From: Takakia lepidozioides
Taxonomy: Eukaryota > Plantae > Bryophyta
DNA: 64,000 nucleotides
Assembly (NCBI GenBank): GCA_030704615.1
Contig: CM060732.1
Coordinates: 50,034,001 to 50,098,000 of the forward strand
Direction of reading: 5' to 3'
Positions within the stretch are counted from its first letter, which is position 1. Each line of letters begins with the position of its first letter. Both the position numbers and the translations under genes were made by a program. Below are positions 50,810 to 64,000 of the stretch, piece after piece. A model generated the notes under the pieces. It was not told the DNA's origin, ran no database searches, and saw only the letters and a program-made list of their open reading frames with translations.

Positions 50810-51708
50810 TGTCGCGCGGCTTTTACTCACCCCATCCCTTCGCTATCCGAGGCGGAAACTCCAAGATAGAAGAGTTGGAAATCTCTAAGTACTCAGCCCG
50901 CGCAGAACAATCAGTCATGACCTACAGCTAGTGTATCATGGGGGTGTTTCCTATTTGTTTCCTTTTCCGCATTCATCTTAGCTACCTTACCATTGATAAT
51001 TAAGTATCAGTTTGCTTCATCAATTTATCGGTTTCCTTCACTCCTCCATTCAATCCACAGCTTCACTCAGATCTCTCTACACAGTGTGATTGTATCGTAT
51101 AAGTATCAGATTATGATTTATCAGGTATCAGGCCGAAGCCATTGTCTCTAATCTCCTCTACAATATCCCTACAGCTTTGCATATAACAAGCATCTACTAA
51201 TCCTCTTTCCTCCTTCATCGTGCTCTCCGATCCCGCTCCCGCTCACTCCGAAGTCCTCCTCCCCAATATATCCCATTCCCCGTTTCTCCTTTATCCTCCT
51301 AGCGGTTCTAACCGTTTCCCTCTCTAACCGTCGTATGTGAACTAACATGTTCCCTTCACAGGTGTTGTTCCCCACAGTCGTTCCCTGTCCTACTCTTCGT
51401 TCCCTATTATCGTGACAGCTGTGTCAAGCGGTGACTGGCTCTGTGTCGGGCTGTGACTGGCTGTGTGGCTGTGTGTGACTGGCTGTGTTGTCTGCTGTGA
51501 CGACTGTGACGGGCTGTGTGGGCTGTGTGGGCTGTGACTGTGACGAACGACTGTGACGGCTGTGTTGGCTGTGTGGGCTGTGAATGTAACCCCCTCTACA
51601 GTGCGCTGCTGTCACCCCTAAGGTTCCTGTTTGTCTCAGTCTGTGCAAAAATTAAGGGTACCCTACAGATCCCGTATAAGTGTCTAAGTCCCCTATAGTC
51701 CTCTAACA
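50810..51708 (-). repeat. 5' LTR (899 bp)
   Basis: Near-identical to 38641-39692 apart from the CTGTG-rich minisatellite and scattered differences. Confidence 0.95.
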
Positions 51709-54269
51709 GATGGCGCGAAGGCTATAACCTAGGCAGCCTTAAGAAAAGAAGAAGACAAAAATGCAACTTCACTTTCTCAAACATCACAGACATCCAGTTC
51801 ATGAAATGCACTCAATTCCGATTCTCACTGGCGGCAGCAACTGGATTCCGTTTCGCAACAAAGATCAACCTCATTGATTGCCGCTCCACATGAAGGCCAA
51901 GCAACCAAGCTCCATATGACACATTTTCTCCACGATACTCATGTAAACAGACACTGCATCATCACAACAGGGACCGTAAGAAGATGCACTTGCAACTGAG
52001 CAGAGTACACAATGATCTGCGACGGTTCTGTGGACATACCAACGCCATTAGCCATAATACTGTCCAACTGAAACAGCCTCCATATGTGCAGTCAAGCACA
52101 CCTTCCTCTTACGCGCCAAAACAACATGAGGTTTGAGGAGGAGACAGACGGATGATGACCTGCGGATGAAAATGCAACTGAGAAAAGAATGGATGGCCAA
52201 TCATGTGTAACCGTGCATGCACACATATTTCATCCGTCGATGGGATGAACAGCAGCAGAACATGAGGATCGAGGATGATAGTGTCGGATGATGGTTGGCG
52301 GATGAAAATACAACTGACAGAAGAATGGATGAAACTTCATGTGTAACCGTGCGGACGTTACAGACTAATTCATCGTTCCATGGGATGCACATCGGCGATC
52401 CAAATGGGGCATTGGTAAAAACAGTTGTTCCCGTATCTACCTTCATTGGAGTCTTTCTTTCACAAAATTCTGGAATTATGCCTCCAGACATGAGGTCACA
52501 GTGTCACACGATTATCTCCACGGGCTGTACCATTTTCTGAACCATGGTTCTCATAGTTATGTTCTCAATGGTGATTTCTTATGCTTCAATTTCGCAGCAG
52601 GTCTTGCTGCTGGTAAAATATGTAAATTGTAACGTGGCATGGACATTCTATTCCGTGACACACAAGCCAACCCAGCCCCATGCAGACTAAGATTGTCGAA
52701 GTCTTTGCCACTCCCTCTCACATACAATATAAGAGACTACATATGTGAATTGAGTAACACTACAACAGGTTATGGTCACAAAACCTCAATGCATCTGGCA
52801 TTTTAGGGTTCCTGTTCATACTGCCACTTGCATTCACATTGGGCCATGTACAATGTTGCAAATTCATTCCGTATGGGTTACTGATATCGTGTTGGAATGG
52901 TAGCGTCATACTGTAAATCTGACATGTTGTTATACATGAATTGCACAAGACCAGGACAAGGTGGAGTCTGAAAAACCTACGTGCATCTTCAAGTTGGTTG
53001 TTTTCTTCGAACTGTGACGAGCATTCACATTAGCGCTTGTAGAATGTTGAACACAAGAGGAACGATGTATTCATTGTGTATGTGTACATAACAACATTTT
53101 ACAAAGCTAGGTTCATTCTCCAGCGACAAAGACTTTACTTAACCTCAATTGAATAAGAGGAGAAGAAGTGAAGCTGATAAATCCGACAGGGGGATGACTA
53201 CACAGAACAGATGGATGACAAATAGATGCAAATGTCATGTGTAACAGTACAGCCGTTACACAGTGCAACCCTCGATGGGATATACATAGGTGCTTTTTCT
53301 GCTGGGGGGGGGGAGTTCACGTTTGTCCCACCGAGACCTTGTGGAAGTGCAGGTTCAAAAATTGAATATAAGCACAGGGTCATTCTGTGTTTCATATGAT
53401 TCATCGTTGTTTTTCTTCACATAATCTCTTTCAAGAAGGAGTATCTGGAAGTTCTGTTGTTATCTTAGGGTTACCCAAGTCGTCTCCTGTATACATTTTT
53501 TTCCTGGTGTTCTTTTAAGATTGTCATAGGTCTTTGGAGTCATCTTCTCCACACACTATAGTACTTACATATTCCGAGGAGACTACTCTATCAAGTTGAA
53601 GGTTGCAATGGGATTTGGGGTGGGTGTAGCTTTCAGGCTCCGGAAGATTTATACAGGATTTGAAGAATTGCCAGCCCACATTCCCCATGAGGTCATCTTG
53701 TGCCTTCTTGAAAAGGTGCAAACGGAAGAAGGGCAGGACATAGTGTGGGTTTACAAAGGAGTCAGGACAATGACAGTCCACATGGGCGACCTGAAGTGTT
53801 TCTACACAATGGATGAAGAGGAGCAAGGAGCTGTGGTTTTGTGCCATGTGCTGTTAGGTTTCGTGGACAGGCTTGTGTTGAAGACCTGGCACCACACAAG
53901 CAGCCGCTATGAAGGGGAGGGTATTGTGGATTGGGGGTACCATGTAGATATGGGAGAGGGATGGGTACAAGAGTTTCTGGAACTCATCCCAGAAAGTAAG
54001 AGAGGCATAATAGTCGTAGACCCCTCTAAGGGGTTTTTGGATGATGAGGTCCGTAGCTATGCAGGACTGAATGGTTAGAGATTGTAAGACTCTCCTGTTT
54101 TCATCTCAGACCTGGTACAGGCTTAATTCATTGCACTAGACTCTCGCTTTGTGCCTCCCTATTTCGGGGTTTGTACATGAAAGTCGGCTTCAGACATATA
54201 GTACATGCATGTTGTAACAATTACTTCTCTCAGAGTTGGTATGAGTTGAAGACTCTTGGTTCAGGCTTT

Positions 54270-57200
54270 CCTTCATTCCTCTAGAAAGTCTTTCACACAT
54301 GCATGAATCTGTTGAGTGTGACCCGCCCAGCAATCAGACCCCAACATGGCTAGGGCTTTAGGCTCGGCCTCCAGAAAGTTTGTGAAAGTGGGTGAAAGCT
54401 GGTGAACAGAGGTGCAGGGAGAGACTATGTTTGATATGGTACTGAAAACTCTGAGACTGTTTGCCATAGCGTTGTGGCCATAGACCCCGCATCCATTCTT
54501 GGGCAGAAGAAGAGGCGATAGACCTACCTTCGTGAGGGGTTCAGTCCAGTTGTGGGACTTATGTTGGTATACAAAATTGGTTTAGGAGATTGTTGCAGCT
54601 TTCTCATTCCTCTAGAAAGTCCTTCACACATGCATCAACCTGCTGGGGGTGACCTACAGCTGACCAAGTCTTGCCCAGCCCCTTCCAACGGACCGGCCAG
54701 ACTACGCTAGATGATATGAGACTGTATGCTGTCCCACCACTGTTAACACCACCAGATCTGCCCTACACTAGCACCTGCATCAACACACGTACCAAATTCA
54801 TGGTAATTTCCCACCTCCACACTCCCTACCTCTTGCCTCACACCAGCTTAACACACCCTACTGTCTGTACTACATGCATGCCTCAGAGCTGCTATGTTAC
54901 CCAATACATTAAGGTCTTCTTTGACACCCATAAACCCATATTACCCTCTCATATAGAGGACCCTCTTGCTCATCTTCAATCTGCAGTTTGCCCTCCCTAT
55001 TCCCTAGCTTCTATGCCACTAACTACTGGTACTACAGCCCCCTCTCCTTGCAGCTTACAACATCCTTGGACGCTGCTGCCCACACATTCAACCACCCACC
55101 CAGGTTCCACAACACCTCTAACTCATGTATCTCTACTCACCTTCTCACTCTCTCTCTCTCTACTAACTACCTGTTCAACCAGTGGTCATGTGGTAGCTAA
55201 ATTGGTGCAATGGCCCTCTTGCCTGGGGCAAGCCCATGATCCCCTCCCAATGCTGTATCGATGCCCCCACAGCTCCCACTGCTTCACACCCACACAGACA
55301 CCACATCATTTGCCACGAAATTTGGGCTGCTCCATCCATTCTCGCATCCATTCTTGGGCAGAAGAAGAGGCGATAGACCTACCTTCGTGAGGGGTTCAGT
55401 CCAGTACTGGGACTTATGTTGGTATACAAAATTGGTTCAGGAAATTGTTGAAACTTTGCTTCGTTCCTCTAGAAAGTCCTTCATACATGCATCAATTTGC
55501 TGAGGGTGACCTGCCCAGCAATCATACCCCCACATGGCCAGGGTTTTAGACTCAGCCTGGATCGCAGTTTGTTAAACCTCTTGAAAGTTGGTGAACACCG
55601 GTGCATGGAGCAGCTATGTTCGACATGGTCCTGAATACTCATGACACGTTCTTTGCCACAACGCTGTGGCCATAGACCCCGCATCCATTCTTGGGCAGAA
55701 GAAGAGGCGATAGACCTACCTTCGTGAGGGGTTCAGTCCAGCAGTGGGACTTATGTTGGTATACAAAAATTGGTTGAGGAGATTGTTGAAACTTTGCTTC
55801 ATTCCTATAGAAAGTCCGTCAAACCCCGAGGGCAAGGAAATTACGTTCAAAGACAGTTTCAAAGATCAAAAGCTCAAATCACTACGTGGTCCCAAGTTCA
55901 TGGTGTTCGACACTATCGTTGGTTGCGGGGACCTATGAATCATTTAAGTCAATAACAAAAAGCAGTATGCTTGATAAGTATCATTGCCAAATTCATCATG
56001 AAGCAAGCATTTGCAAATGAAGATGGCATTCCAAATTTACACATTTACATGCATCTTTGTAGTTGAATACCTACTTTGAATCGCTGGCCATGTACAGCTG
56101 TTTCATTTGAAGTTGGTATTGTTTCCTTAGCAAAGGACTAGCATTTAGGGTTCAAAGACATTTTCCAATGCTCTCTAGCGTCCAAAACATAAGGTATTGA
56201 AGAACGATCACCCATACTTGTGTTCCACATGAAAGGGAGCATGCGCAACCGGCAGGAATACAATGCCCATGGAATGTTGTTATTTATATGATTGCAGAGC
56301 ATAGGTGCAAGGACAGAGCTGCCAGTGATGTTACAGGGAATGACGTGGACACAAGTTTGATCGGACCCCAAAATGTCTAAAATGTCAAGACTAAGCTTTC
56401 TGTCCATCATAAAATGCAGTTATATTGCCCCCACTCCAGTGGGTTCAGATAGCAATAAATATAATGCCTCTCCAACCACGTTTGTGAACAAAACATCCCA
56501 CTGAGAATGAGAATACTGACTGTGGCAATGCCAATTCAAAACGAAGCATCCCTCAGAAGCACCCGCCACTTTTTCCCGCCCTATTGTCATGTGGGTGGAG
56601 GCTGCCAATCAGAGACATTGCCTCCACTTCATGCATGTGTTGTCCATACATGTGGACCAATGCGCACCTCAGTGGATGGTGGAATCAGTATCCATTTGCT
56701 CCTCAAGATGCATGTGCCCATTCGAAATCGTGCAGCACATGATTTACCCCCTCCAAAAGTCATGTTCTCCAGCCTCACTGAACACATACTCTCCCCACAC
56801 AACACTGCCATTCAGCATTCCCAAACTCGTTGAGTTTCCTCAGATCCCCCATTGCCTCGTCGCACTCTCCCTCACCCATTTGCCTGGCCTTGCTGCCTCT
56901 TTCACTTCCGCCTCTCGCACTTAGCAATGTCAAACGCTCAAGAAAGAGTAGGCAGCTCCTGGATGCAAGAGGAAGTTTTTGTTGATGTCGACACTCACAA
57001 GGAGTTGGTAGGAGATATTACTGGCATCGTGGGGACTCGCATCTCCGGATTGGAAGCGTTGGTGGATTGGTCAAAACCCACAGCAGGGGACATCATTCTT
57101 ACAGCACATGTATCTGCAAGTAGAGTGGGCAGGTTTGGCTTTTATGATGACACCAACAGCGCAGCTGCAAAACAGCCTAACACCGTTGTACTCAGGTCAA

Positions 57201-58640
57201 GATTCCTGTGTGCTCCTAACAAAGAGTGGGGGCCACATGCTTTGGGCCTGGACCCTTCGAAGGAGAACGAGTGTTTTCATATTCTTACCTTGTTTCAATG
57301 GGTGGATGAAGGCTGGGACTGCATTAAACTACTGGACGAACTTCCTTCCCCCATCATGCGCAAGCTTCAGAAGGGCTGCAGACCTGAAAGACCTTAGACC
57401 AGGGCTGGTGACATTTGCCTAACTACTGAGGATGGAGTGATGCATGTCATGTTTGCTTCTTTCATGCATATGCAATAGAACTCATCCTCGGTGTTTTTGC
57501 ATGTCTTGCCGCATTGGGGGAGCAATCACTTTCATCACTCTGTCTTCTTCTTTCGGTGGGATATGCGTGTGTGTGTTTGGAAAGAGAGAATGATTAGGAA
57601 AGAGATTCAGGTACCTAATTATGAGTGGAATTTCAAAGAGGTTGACTGGTCAGTAGCATCATGATCCTCTTTCACTAGCATCACAAAGTTTGCCTCTTTT
57701 CTACGTTTGTGTGACCCTTCAGGGTGGAATTCTGGAAGCATGTGATATTCGCTTGAACAATGCAAATGCCAAAAAACAGATTGTGACAACAATCTTTCCA
57801 TGTATTCATGTCCAATGTGTACTCCTGGTATTCATGGTTTTCATTTTGCTTTCACATGGTTTGAAGGTTCTCCCACCTTACTTGCACATGCACGGGTTCA
57901 TGCACTTGCATATGTTCTGAAGTAGGTGCAGCAGGTGGAGTTGAAAGTGAATGACACATGCTGGGAGTTGTTGGAATCACTCAGTGTTGGGGTTTTCTCA
58001 TCAGTGAGCAACCCTCTTCAGGACCATACTCCTGACACCTCTGTTCACCAACATTGAAAATCACGAGGCTCAGCCTAAAGCCCTGCTCTTCTTGGGGTAT
58101 ACAGCAGATGGATGCTTGTGCGGAGGGATTTCTGCAGGAAATCTGGAAAGCCTGAACAATTTCCTGAACCAATTTTATATACCAACGTAAGTCCCAGTAC
58201 TGGATTAACCCCTCACAAATGTAGGTCTATCGCCTCTTCTGCTGCCCAACCATAGATGTGGGGTCTATGGCCACGACGCTATGGCAAACAACGTCTCATG
58301 AGTACTCAGGACCAGCAAGAACATAGTCTCTCCCTGCGCCTCTGTTCACCAACTTTCAACCACTTTCACAAACTTTGTCGAGACTGAGCCTAAAGCCCTG
58401 GCCATGTTGGGGTCTGATTGTTGGGCAGATCATACTCAGCAGGTTCATGCATGTGTGAAGGACTTTCTAGAGGGATTCTGGAAAGCTTGAACAATACATA
58501 GTCTCTCCCTGTAGCTCTGTTCACCAACTTTCAAGAGGTTTAAGAAACTGCGATCCACGCTGAGTCTAAAACCCTGGCCATGTGGGGGTCTGATTGCTGG
58601 GCAGGTCACCCTCATCAGGTTGATGCATGTATGAAAGAAA
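54270..58640. repeat. ~330-340 bp repeat family: tandem copies at ~54270-54660 and ~55330-55815, inverted copies at ~58035-58640
   Basis: ttcctctagaaagtc recurs near 54276, 54607, 55464 and 55802. Reverse-complement copies (ctctgttcaccaac.., gtgtgaaggactttctagagg) occur near 58039, 58340 and 58515. Confidence 0.8.
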
Positions 58641-59260
58641 CTGAGTTCGAGCCCAAACATTTGAAGAAGGTCTCCTGATTCAAAATACCTACTGAACTAC
58701 GGTGACCCAAACCAAAGATCCAAACTCCCAGCAAGTTGAACTACATCCCAACTCACATGTAAGAGTTTGATGAGGCTACAAACCAAAAGAGAGTGAGCCC
58801 TGTATCTGATTCTATTGTTATGATGGTCTCCAATACTAGAAAGTTGCCTCTTCGAGGCAACAATACGAAGAGCTCGGTTTCAACCCCGCCGAGGCGGTTC
58901 AGAGTGTGTCCTAAGCCCTAAACCTCAATGAAAAGCAACATACAAGTCCTCGTTGGCAGGCTGAAAAGATGCATTGGTCTTCCTCACCGTCTCCTGCAGT
59001 TCACATGTATTAGCCACAATATTTCAGATGCAAAGTACTTCACCACCCCCTCATAGTTCACCATCCCATTTCCATGCACACACAAATTTGAAAATACGTG
59101 TTCAGTCGGAAGGGCTGCTTCAGATTATCCCTGCATAGACCAGCCTCATTTCCCATTAACTCAGCATACACCCCATGGAAATGACATACCTGAAGTTCAG
59201 AACCAGGAGAAAGACATGATCCATGAGACCTCCATATGTTGGCTTACGACCTGAAGTCCT

Positions 59261-62182
59261 TCAGCCGGTGTACAACCTCTTCCTGGTCCTGGAATCTGAG
59301 GGCACGGGTGGGTAATTTCCCGAGTAGCCATGCCTCTCCAAAAAGTCTTTGTAGCACGCAAGTGACTTTCCATTCCCATCATCAACAGCAGTCATAACTG
59401 GCTCCCCAACAAGGTACTGAAGACCCTCCTCCATCATGGTAGTGAGGTCCAAATCTTTCCTTTTGTAGCTCTCACCAAGGCAATAAGGTGTTGCTGGAGA
59501 AATATGTTGTTATCCGTCAGTTCAAGAATAATTTGCCACTCTGTGGAGATAAGGGCAGGTAGGCTGGGCAGTGGACTTTGACCAGCGGATGTTCTCTGAG
59601 CCATTGAAGGGGAGGTCAGACCTGGGGGAGTTTGTGAAGAGGATGGGATGGAAGAAGGGGAGTCATGACCAGTCATCAAGTTGTTCAGGCCACCTTTACA
59701 TGTGCCCATGAGGGAACCGCAGAACTTTGCAATCAGCCCATCCTCCACTTGGGGGTGCAGCATCTTCAGAACCTTCACCTGATGTGTGCACATATTTCCT
59801 TTCTGGGCCCAATGACAATCACAACATGCCCACTTATAATCCGGATTGTGGATAGTATATGTCATACCCAAATGGCGGTGGCATTGAACTGTTGCAATGC
59901 CTCCGGGTGTATGAGGCAGATGCACATTGGCATCTGGAATGTCCTTGGCAAGCAAGATTGAAGTGCAAACAAATCCCTCCTGCCGCTTGTTTCGGATGAA
60001 CCCATATGCCTTTGCATGTGACATGTACCAGTAATGGGTTAGCACATCACCTGTCAGTTAAGAGATGAGCCAATCCACCCGCCTACTACCGAGGACGCTT
60101 TTGGTGCTCTTCAATTGCGCTTTCAGGTTCCCGTGGTATGCTTCTATGGTAGCATTAGTGTCTTGAGAGGCATGAGGTATATTGCGGGATCCCTTCATCC
60201 ACATTTTAGCTTTTGGAAGCCACTCTGTCTCCATCTAGGTGCAGAATTCTGTCTTAGAAGGGTACTTCTCCCGCAGGTCCAAAATTTTGAATACGGCCCA
60301 TGCTTCACTTGCATCCCCAGAGGTCTCCCTTCTATCATACATGATCTGTGCCAGGTCTTGTAAGATAGCCGCTCGCAATACTGGGTCTTTCACTTTTGCA
60401 ACTGCATTCTTCTGCCAGGCTCGGCGAACATGCCACAAGCACAAGAAAACAGCACAATCCCCCCAAACAGATCTGTTCTCTTATCAGGTAGGTAAACTGA
60501 AATTCATGTGTAACCAAGAGATCATGGTAGGCATATTTCCCGAGTTCATGGACGTACCTAATGGCAGCAATTTCAGCATCAGCGTCATCCACAATAAATG
60601 CATTGGGACGCCAGTCTACTTGCCGACTTGTCATTTGTTTTTAGTGCCTCCATCCAAGGCGTCAGGTTTTGCACCTTGCAGTGATAATGTAAGCAACTGG
60701 AATACCATTAAGCCAGTTGTCGAATACCATCATGGTATATAACGGGGACTGCAACAACAATCATGTGTAACTGAAGTGACTTGAAAGGAAATGGTAGCAA
60801 AACAGAGTACTTCACATGAAGAACGTAATTTGTCATGCTTTCAAGAAATTTGGGTTAACAATCTGACGAACCTTCTTTTCATTTGTTCCAAAGGTTGCAT
60901 CACAAGTAGCGACCAATGGGGAGGTAGGAGCAGGGTGCGGTAGAGCCACGACTGCACGGACCAGCCTTCTGCATACTACGCATGCGACGATGGCCGTGTT
61001 TGAGCATCTGTTTTCTCTGCCAATCAGTTTGTATGCCAAGCACAAATGGAAGATCAAGTTTTCTGTCATTCAACGTCCAAGCAAGGTGATTAGACTCTTC
61101 CTGGTAGTAGAAAACGCTTCCTGGGTTTTCATGCACCCACATTCGGACACTTTGTGCATCATTGGAGTGCTTTTCGAATGTTTCTTCATCGCACTTGTTG
61201 GCATATTTCAGATGTCATTTGAAAGAAGGAAGGTATCACAAGTAACCTTGAACCCCCCATCCATGATTTCCCTCACCCTCTGCATGTGCTTGGCCATTAT
61301 CTTGTTGATGCTTAGTCCGAGACGGAGGTTGTGTAACACCCATGATTTCATCTCATCGCTCAGGTGGGGAGCTAGTGAAACGCGACCTACTTGATGCGCA
61401 GGTCCATGGCAGACCTGTTCAGCCCCATTCACACGTCTCTTTTCATAATATACCAGCTCTGCAATATCAGGGTCCACATAGCATTGCTTCACTACAAACC
61501 TGCACATGCATCCCCTCTTGACGCCTTCCCCCGATTTTGTTTGTGTGGTCCTCATTTGTTTTGGCTGTGCTTCAGTGGAAGCAGCTGTGGCTCTTGGCTT
61601 CCTCCCCTTCTTCTTTGCAGGCTTCACTCGGCGTTGCTTGTGTGCCATTGTAGGGGTAACCTCCAAGAGGGAACTAGTTCTGTCCTGTGGACCTTATGAA
61701 CAGTGATACCTACAATAACAAAAAAACAATCCCTTACTATGACACCAAGGGGATTCAAGCACTCGGACATTCATGGAAATCATTCAGTAGCCCTTGCAAC
61801 ACATGACCTGCAGCCCAATGTACCTTGTTGTAGTCCTGGCACTGTTGCTGCGAGGAGCTAAGAGAGACCTCTCCGGATGGCATCTTTGCTGATACCTGCT
61901 GAAAGTGCATGGGCCATCTGAACGGGAAGACTCCCTTGTAATGAAATCAGCAACTCGATTCCAGGGAATGTAGGCGACTTCGGCAGAGTTTTGGCCAAGA
62001 GGCTTGCCATGCCATTGGAAACGCCACTGCACTACATGATGGTTAAAAACACCTACACTGGGCATTTGAACTTGGTTTCGAAGCAGCAAAACAAGATGGG
62101 ATGCAATGTTTTCTTCATTCTCAGCAACAGACATATCGTGGCGCAATTCAGGGACCTGAGGCACGGCTGGTACTGGCTGCAC
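59261..62182 (-). pseudogene. SWIM zinc-finger MULE transposase-like gene (multi-exon)
   Basis: AYIPWNRVADFITRE; GVKRGCMCRFVVK; WVHENPGSVFYYQ..FVLGIQTDWQ; DATFGTNEKK; WRPNAFIVDDADAEIAAIR; LCLWHVRRAW (CxxH); SWIM WACCDCHWAQKGNMCTHQVK. Confidence 0.85.
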
Positions 62183-63642
62183 GTTGTGCTTTCGTGGTCA
62201 GAACAGTTTGAGAGGACCATGAAAGGAAGGTGACGATTGGAGGTTGCCTCTCATTACACATACTTCCTGGTCTCATCCATCCGTACCTACATACATCCAT
62301 CCTAAATCCTAGAAGTAGACCCAATCCATAAAATAATACTAAATTTCAAATTTGAATTTTGAATTTTGAACATGTACAACCTTGTGTATACATGCATATG
62401 TGAGGGCTTCATGCCTATGGTCATCATGTGACTTTCGTGATGGTCATCATGTTACTTTCGTGACCATCATGTATGTGTCATCTGCCATGTATGGATCCAT
62501 GTTTTCGACTCACGATGTGTCCCGCGCGCGATGTTGGGTTGTGGTGAGAGGTGTCATGTGCCACAGAGTTCATGTGGTGTGGTGACGGGCGGGCAGGGGG
62601 ATGGGGGGCGTGGGGCGGGGGGGGGGGGAAGGGGTGGGGTGGTGCGGGGGCAAGGGGGCGCCGGGGCGCAGCGACCGCGAGCCGCGCAGGAGCCGGCGAA
62701 GGGGGTGCGGCTGGGGTGGCGGGGGGTGCCACGCAGGCAGGACCAAAGGGGTCGCATTAAACTCCCGGGCCTTTTCTAATGTGCGCCATTAGGAATTGGG
62801 CCTCCCAAAGAAAATGGAATATTTTGAAACCCCCCCCCCCCCCCAAATTTGTCACTACAATGGAGCCCACTTGAGAACATACCCGAAAAAACTGAAAATT
62901 TCTGAGAATGTGTGTTATCAGGTATGGAACAACATTCTTGAGACTCTTTAAAAAAGAAAAAGAAAACCTGCCCAAATACGAGCAAAAAACTGCTTTTTTT
63001 GGCACCTATTTCTTGGGGAAGAGTTTTTTGGTGGGTCCCCACTCTACACTTATAATCTGGCGGTTGGATGTTGATGAAATTTTTTGTGGTAGGAGTGGGG
63101 TAGGTTGGAAGTAACTCCAATGGTCAGTTTACAGAGAAAGAGAGATTCTCCAGATCAAAAAGTTTTTGTGGGATAGGGTCATGTTTTTCCACGAGTGCTT
63201 GAAAATGAGTTTTTTTTGTTTTTCTCAAATTTTTTTTATAAAGGGAAACACCTGGGAGCGACAGCTCACAAATCAGGCCCCATAATAGTGAGAGGAGAAA
63301 ATAACCTCTTTCACAGTAACCGAGAACATGGAGGCTGAGAAATCGGACACCGCCGGGGGAAGGGGGAGAAGAGCATACCCACACCCGTCAAGGTAGCAGG
63401 ATTTGACCCCAGAATCATCTGGGTGGCACTCAGTGCACTAGTTTTGACATGTAAGGGTTAAGGGGCCATGAACACAAACAGGGGCAGAGCCCCCAAAGGC
63501 AGATAGAGACAGCTTACAGGGGTTTGAACCCCAGACCCACAGTCGATGCACAGGGTATCTAAGCATTCCACAAGCCTGTTGTACATGTTTCCTTTTTCCC
63601 AAAATATCAAAAGATTATAGATTTATCCTACTTAAACAAGGG

Positions 63643-63714
63643 AGGTCCCGGCGAGATTTGAACTCGCGTTACTGGATTCAGAGTCCAATGTCCTGACCAC
63701 TAGACTACGGGACC
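63643..63714 (-). tRNA. tRNA-Gln-CTG: tRNA-Gln (anticodon CTG)
   Basis: Minus strand GGTCCCGTAGTCTAGTGGTCAGGACATTGGACTCTGAATCCAGTAACGCGAGTTCAAATCTCGCCGGGACCT: 7-bp acceptor stem, anticodon arm TTGGA-CT-CTG-AA-TCCAG, T arm GCGAG-TTCAAAT-CTCGC, no encoded CCA. Confidence 0.96.
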
Positions 63715-64000
63715 AAGCGATGACAATCGCTGTCCTAAAACGGTTAAGTAAAGACAACTACGCGTTGCTCCGCACTAGTGACCACTGACAACCTCTGAGA
63801 ACAACGTTCTTTTTTATTGGAAATATATTTCATTCGAAAAAAATAGGAACAATGTAGCTTTGTGGAGAAAAAAGGGGTACTGAATCAACCCACTCTTAAT
63901 CCTCCCACATTGCCTGCGGCAGTTAAAAGGTGTTTACCTTCCAAAGGAAAGGCAGTAGCAATTGAGGGTGATGTGTTGGTGACCCCAATCAAACAATCTA

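Larger units (their letters stand above)
38641..51708 (-). mobile_element. Full-length Ty3/gypsy LTR retrotransposon, non-chromovirus (Athila-like), 13.07 kb
   Basis: LTRs TG...CA at 38641-39692 and 50810-51708; 5-bp TSD GATGG at 38636-38640 and 51709-51713. Domain order gag-PR-RT-RH-INT on minus, with PBS and PPT present. Confidence 0.97.

Noticed and set aside
52160-52355. Short ~55-bp duplication (gcggatgaaaat..tcatgtgtaaccgtgc)
   Set aside because: Two or three degenerate copies with no associated structure or ORF.
62478-62792. Gly/Pro-rich ORFs
   Set aside because: Low-complexity G-rich tract open in several frames; no coding evidence.
63390-63545. Additional tRNA/SINE-like sequences (ggatttgacccc, gggtttgaacccc)
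   Set aside because: Only B-box-like fragments; no cloverleaf could be folded.

Overview
Eukaryotic, intron-containing, almost entirely transposon-derived DNA. The element families suggest a non-seed land plant or streptophyte (inference). (1) 1-~12.8 kb looks like one large Mutator-like element. It has a GCM/WRKY-like + DDE (FD..FMAD..CxFH) transposase on the minus strand that is absent from the ORF track. A divergently transcribed multi-exon gene fuses a ParB/Srx-type domain (DGNHR) to a beta-class N6A/N4C DNA-methyltransferase fold. Two arrays of a 22-26 bp palindrome (GGAAATGCGG-NN-CCGCATTTCC) flank that gene, with further copies in its introns and at the symmetry axis of an inverted pair of unknown paralogous ORFs. 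This is the candidate novel system. (2) A 5'-truncated LINE is split by a complete 14.2 kb CACTA element (14905-29057) whose TnpA-like gene carries an FCP1/NIF HAD domain. (3) A second CACTA Tnp2 gene lies at 31.3-35.3 kb, and its divergent partner gene appears to host the nested insertions. (4) A full-length Athila-like Ty3/gypsy element (38641-51708, TSD GATGG) carries extra ORFs. (5) The right end holds a ~335 bp dispersed/inverted repeat family, a SWIM-type MULE transposase and a tRNA-Gln(CTG). Frequent 1-bp frameshifts may be assembly errors rather than real decay. All domain calls are by eye from motifs; no searches were run.
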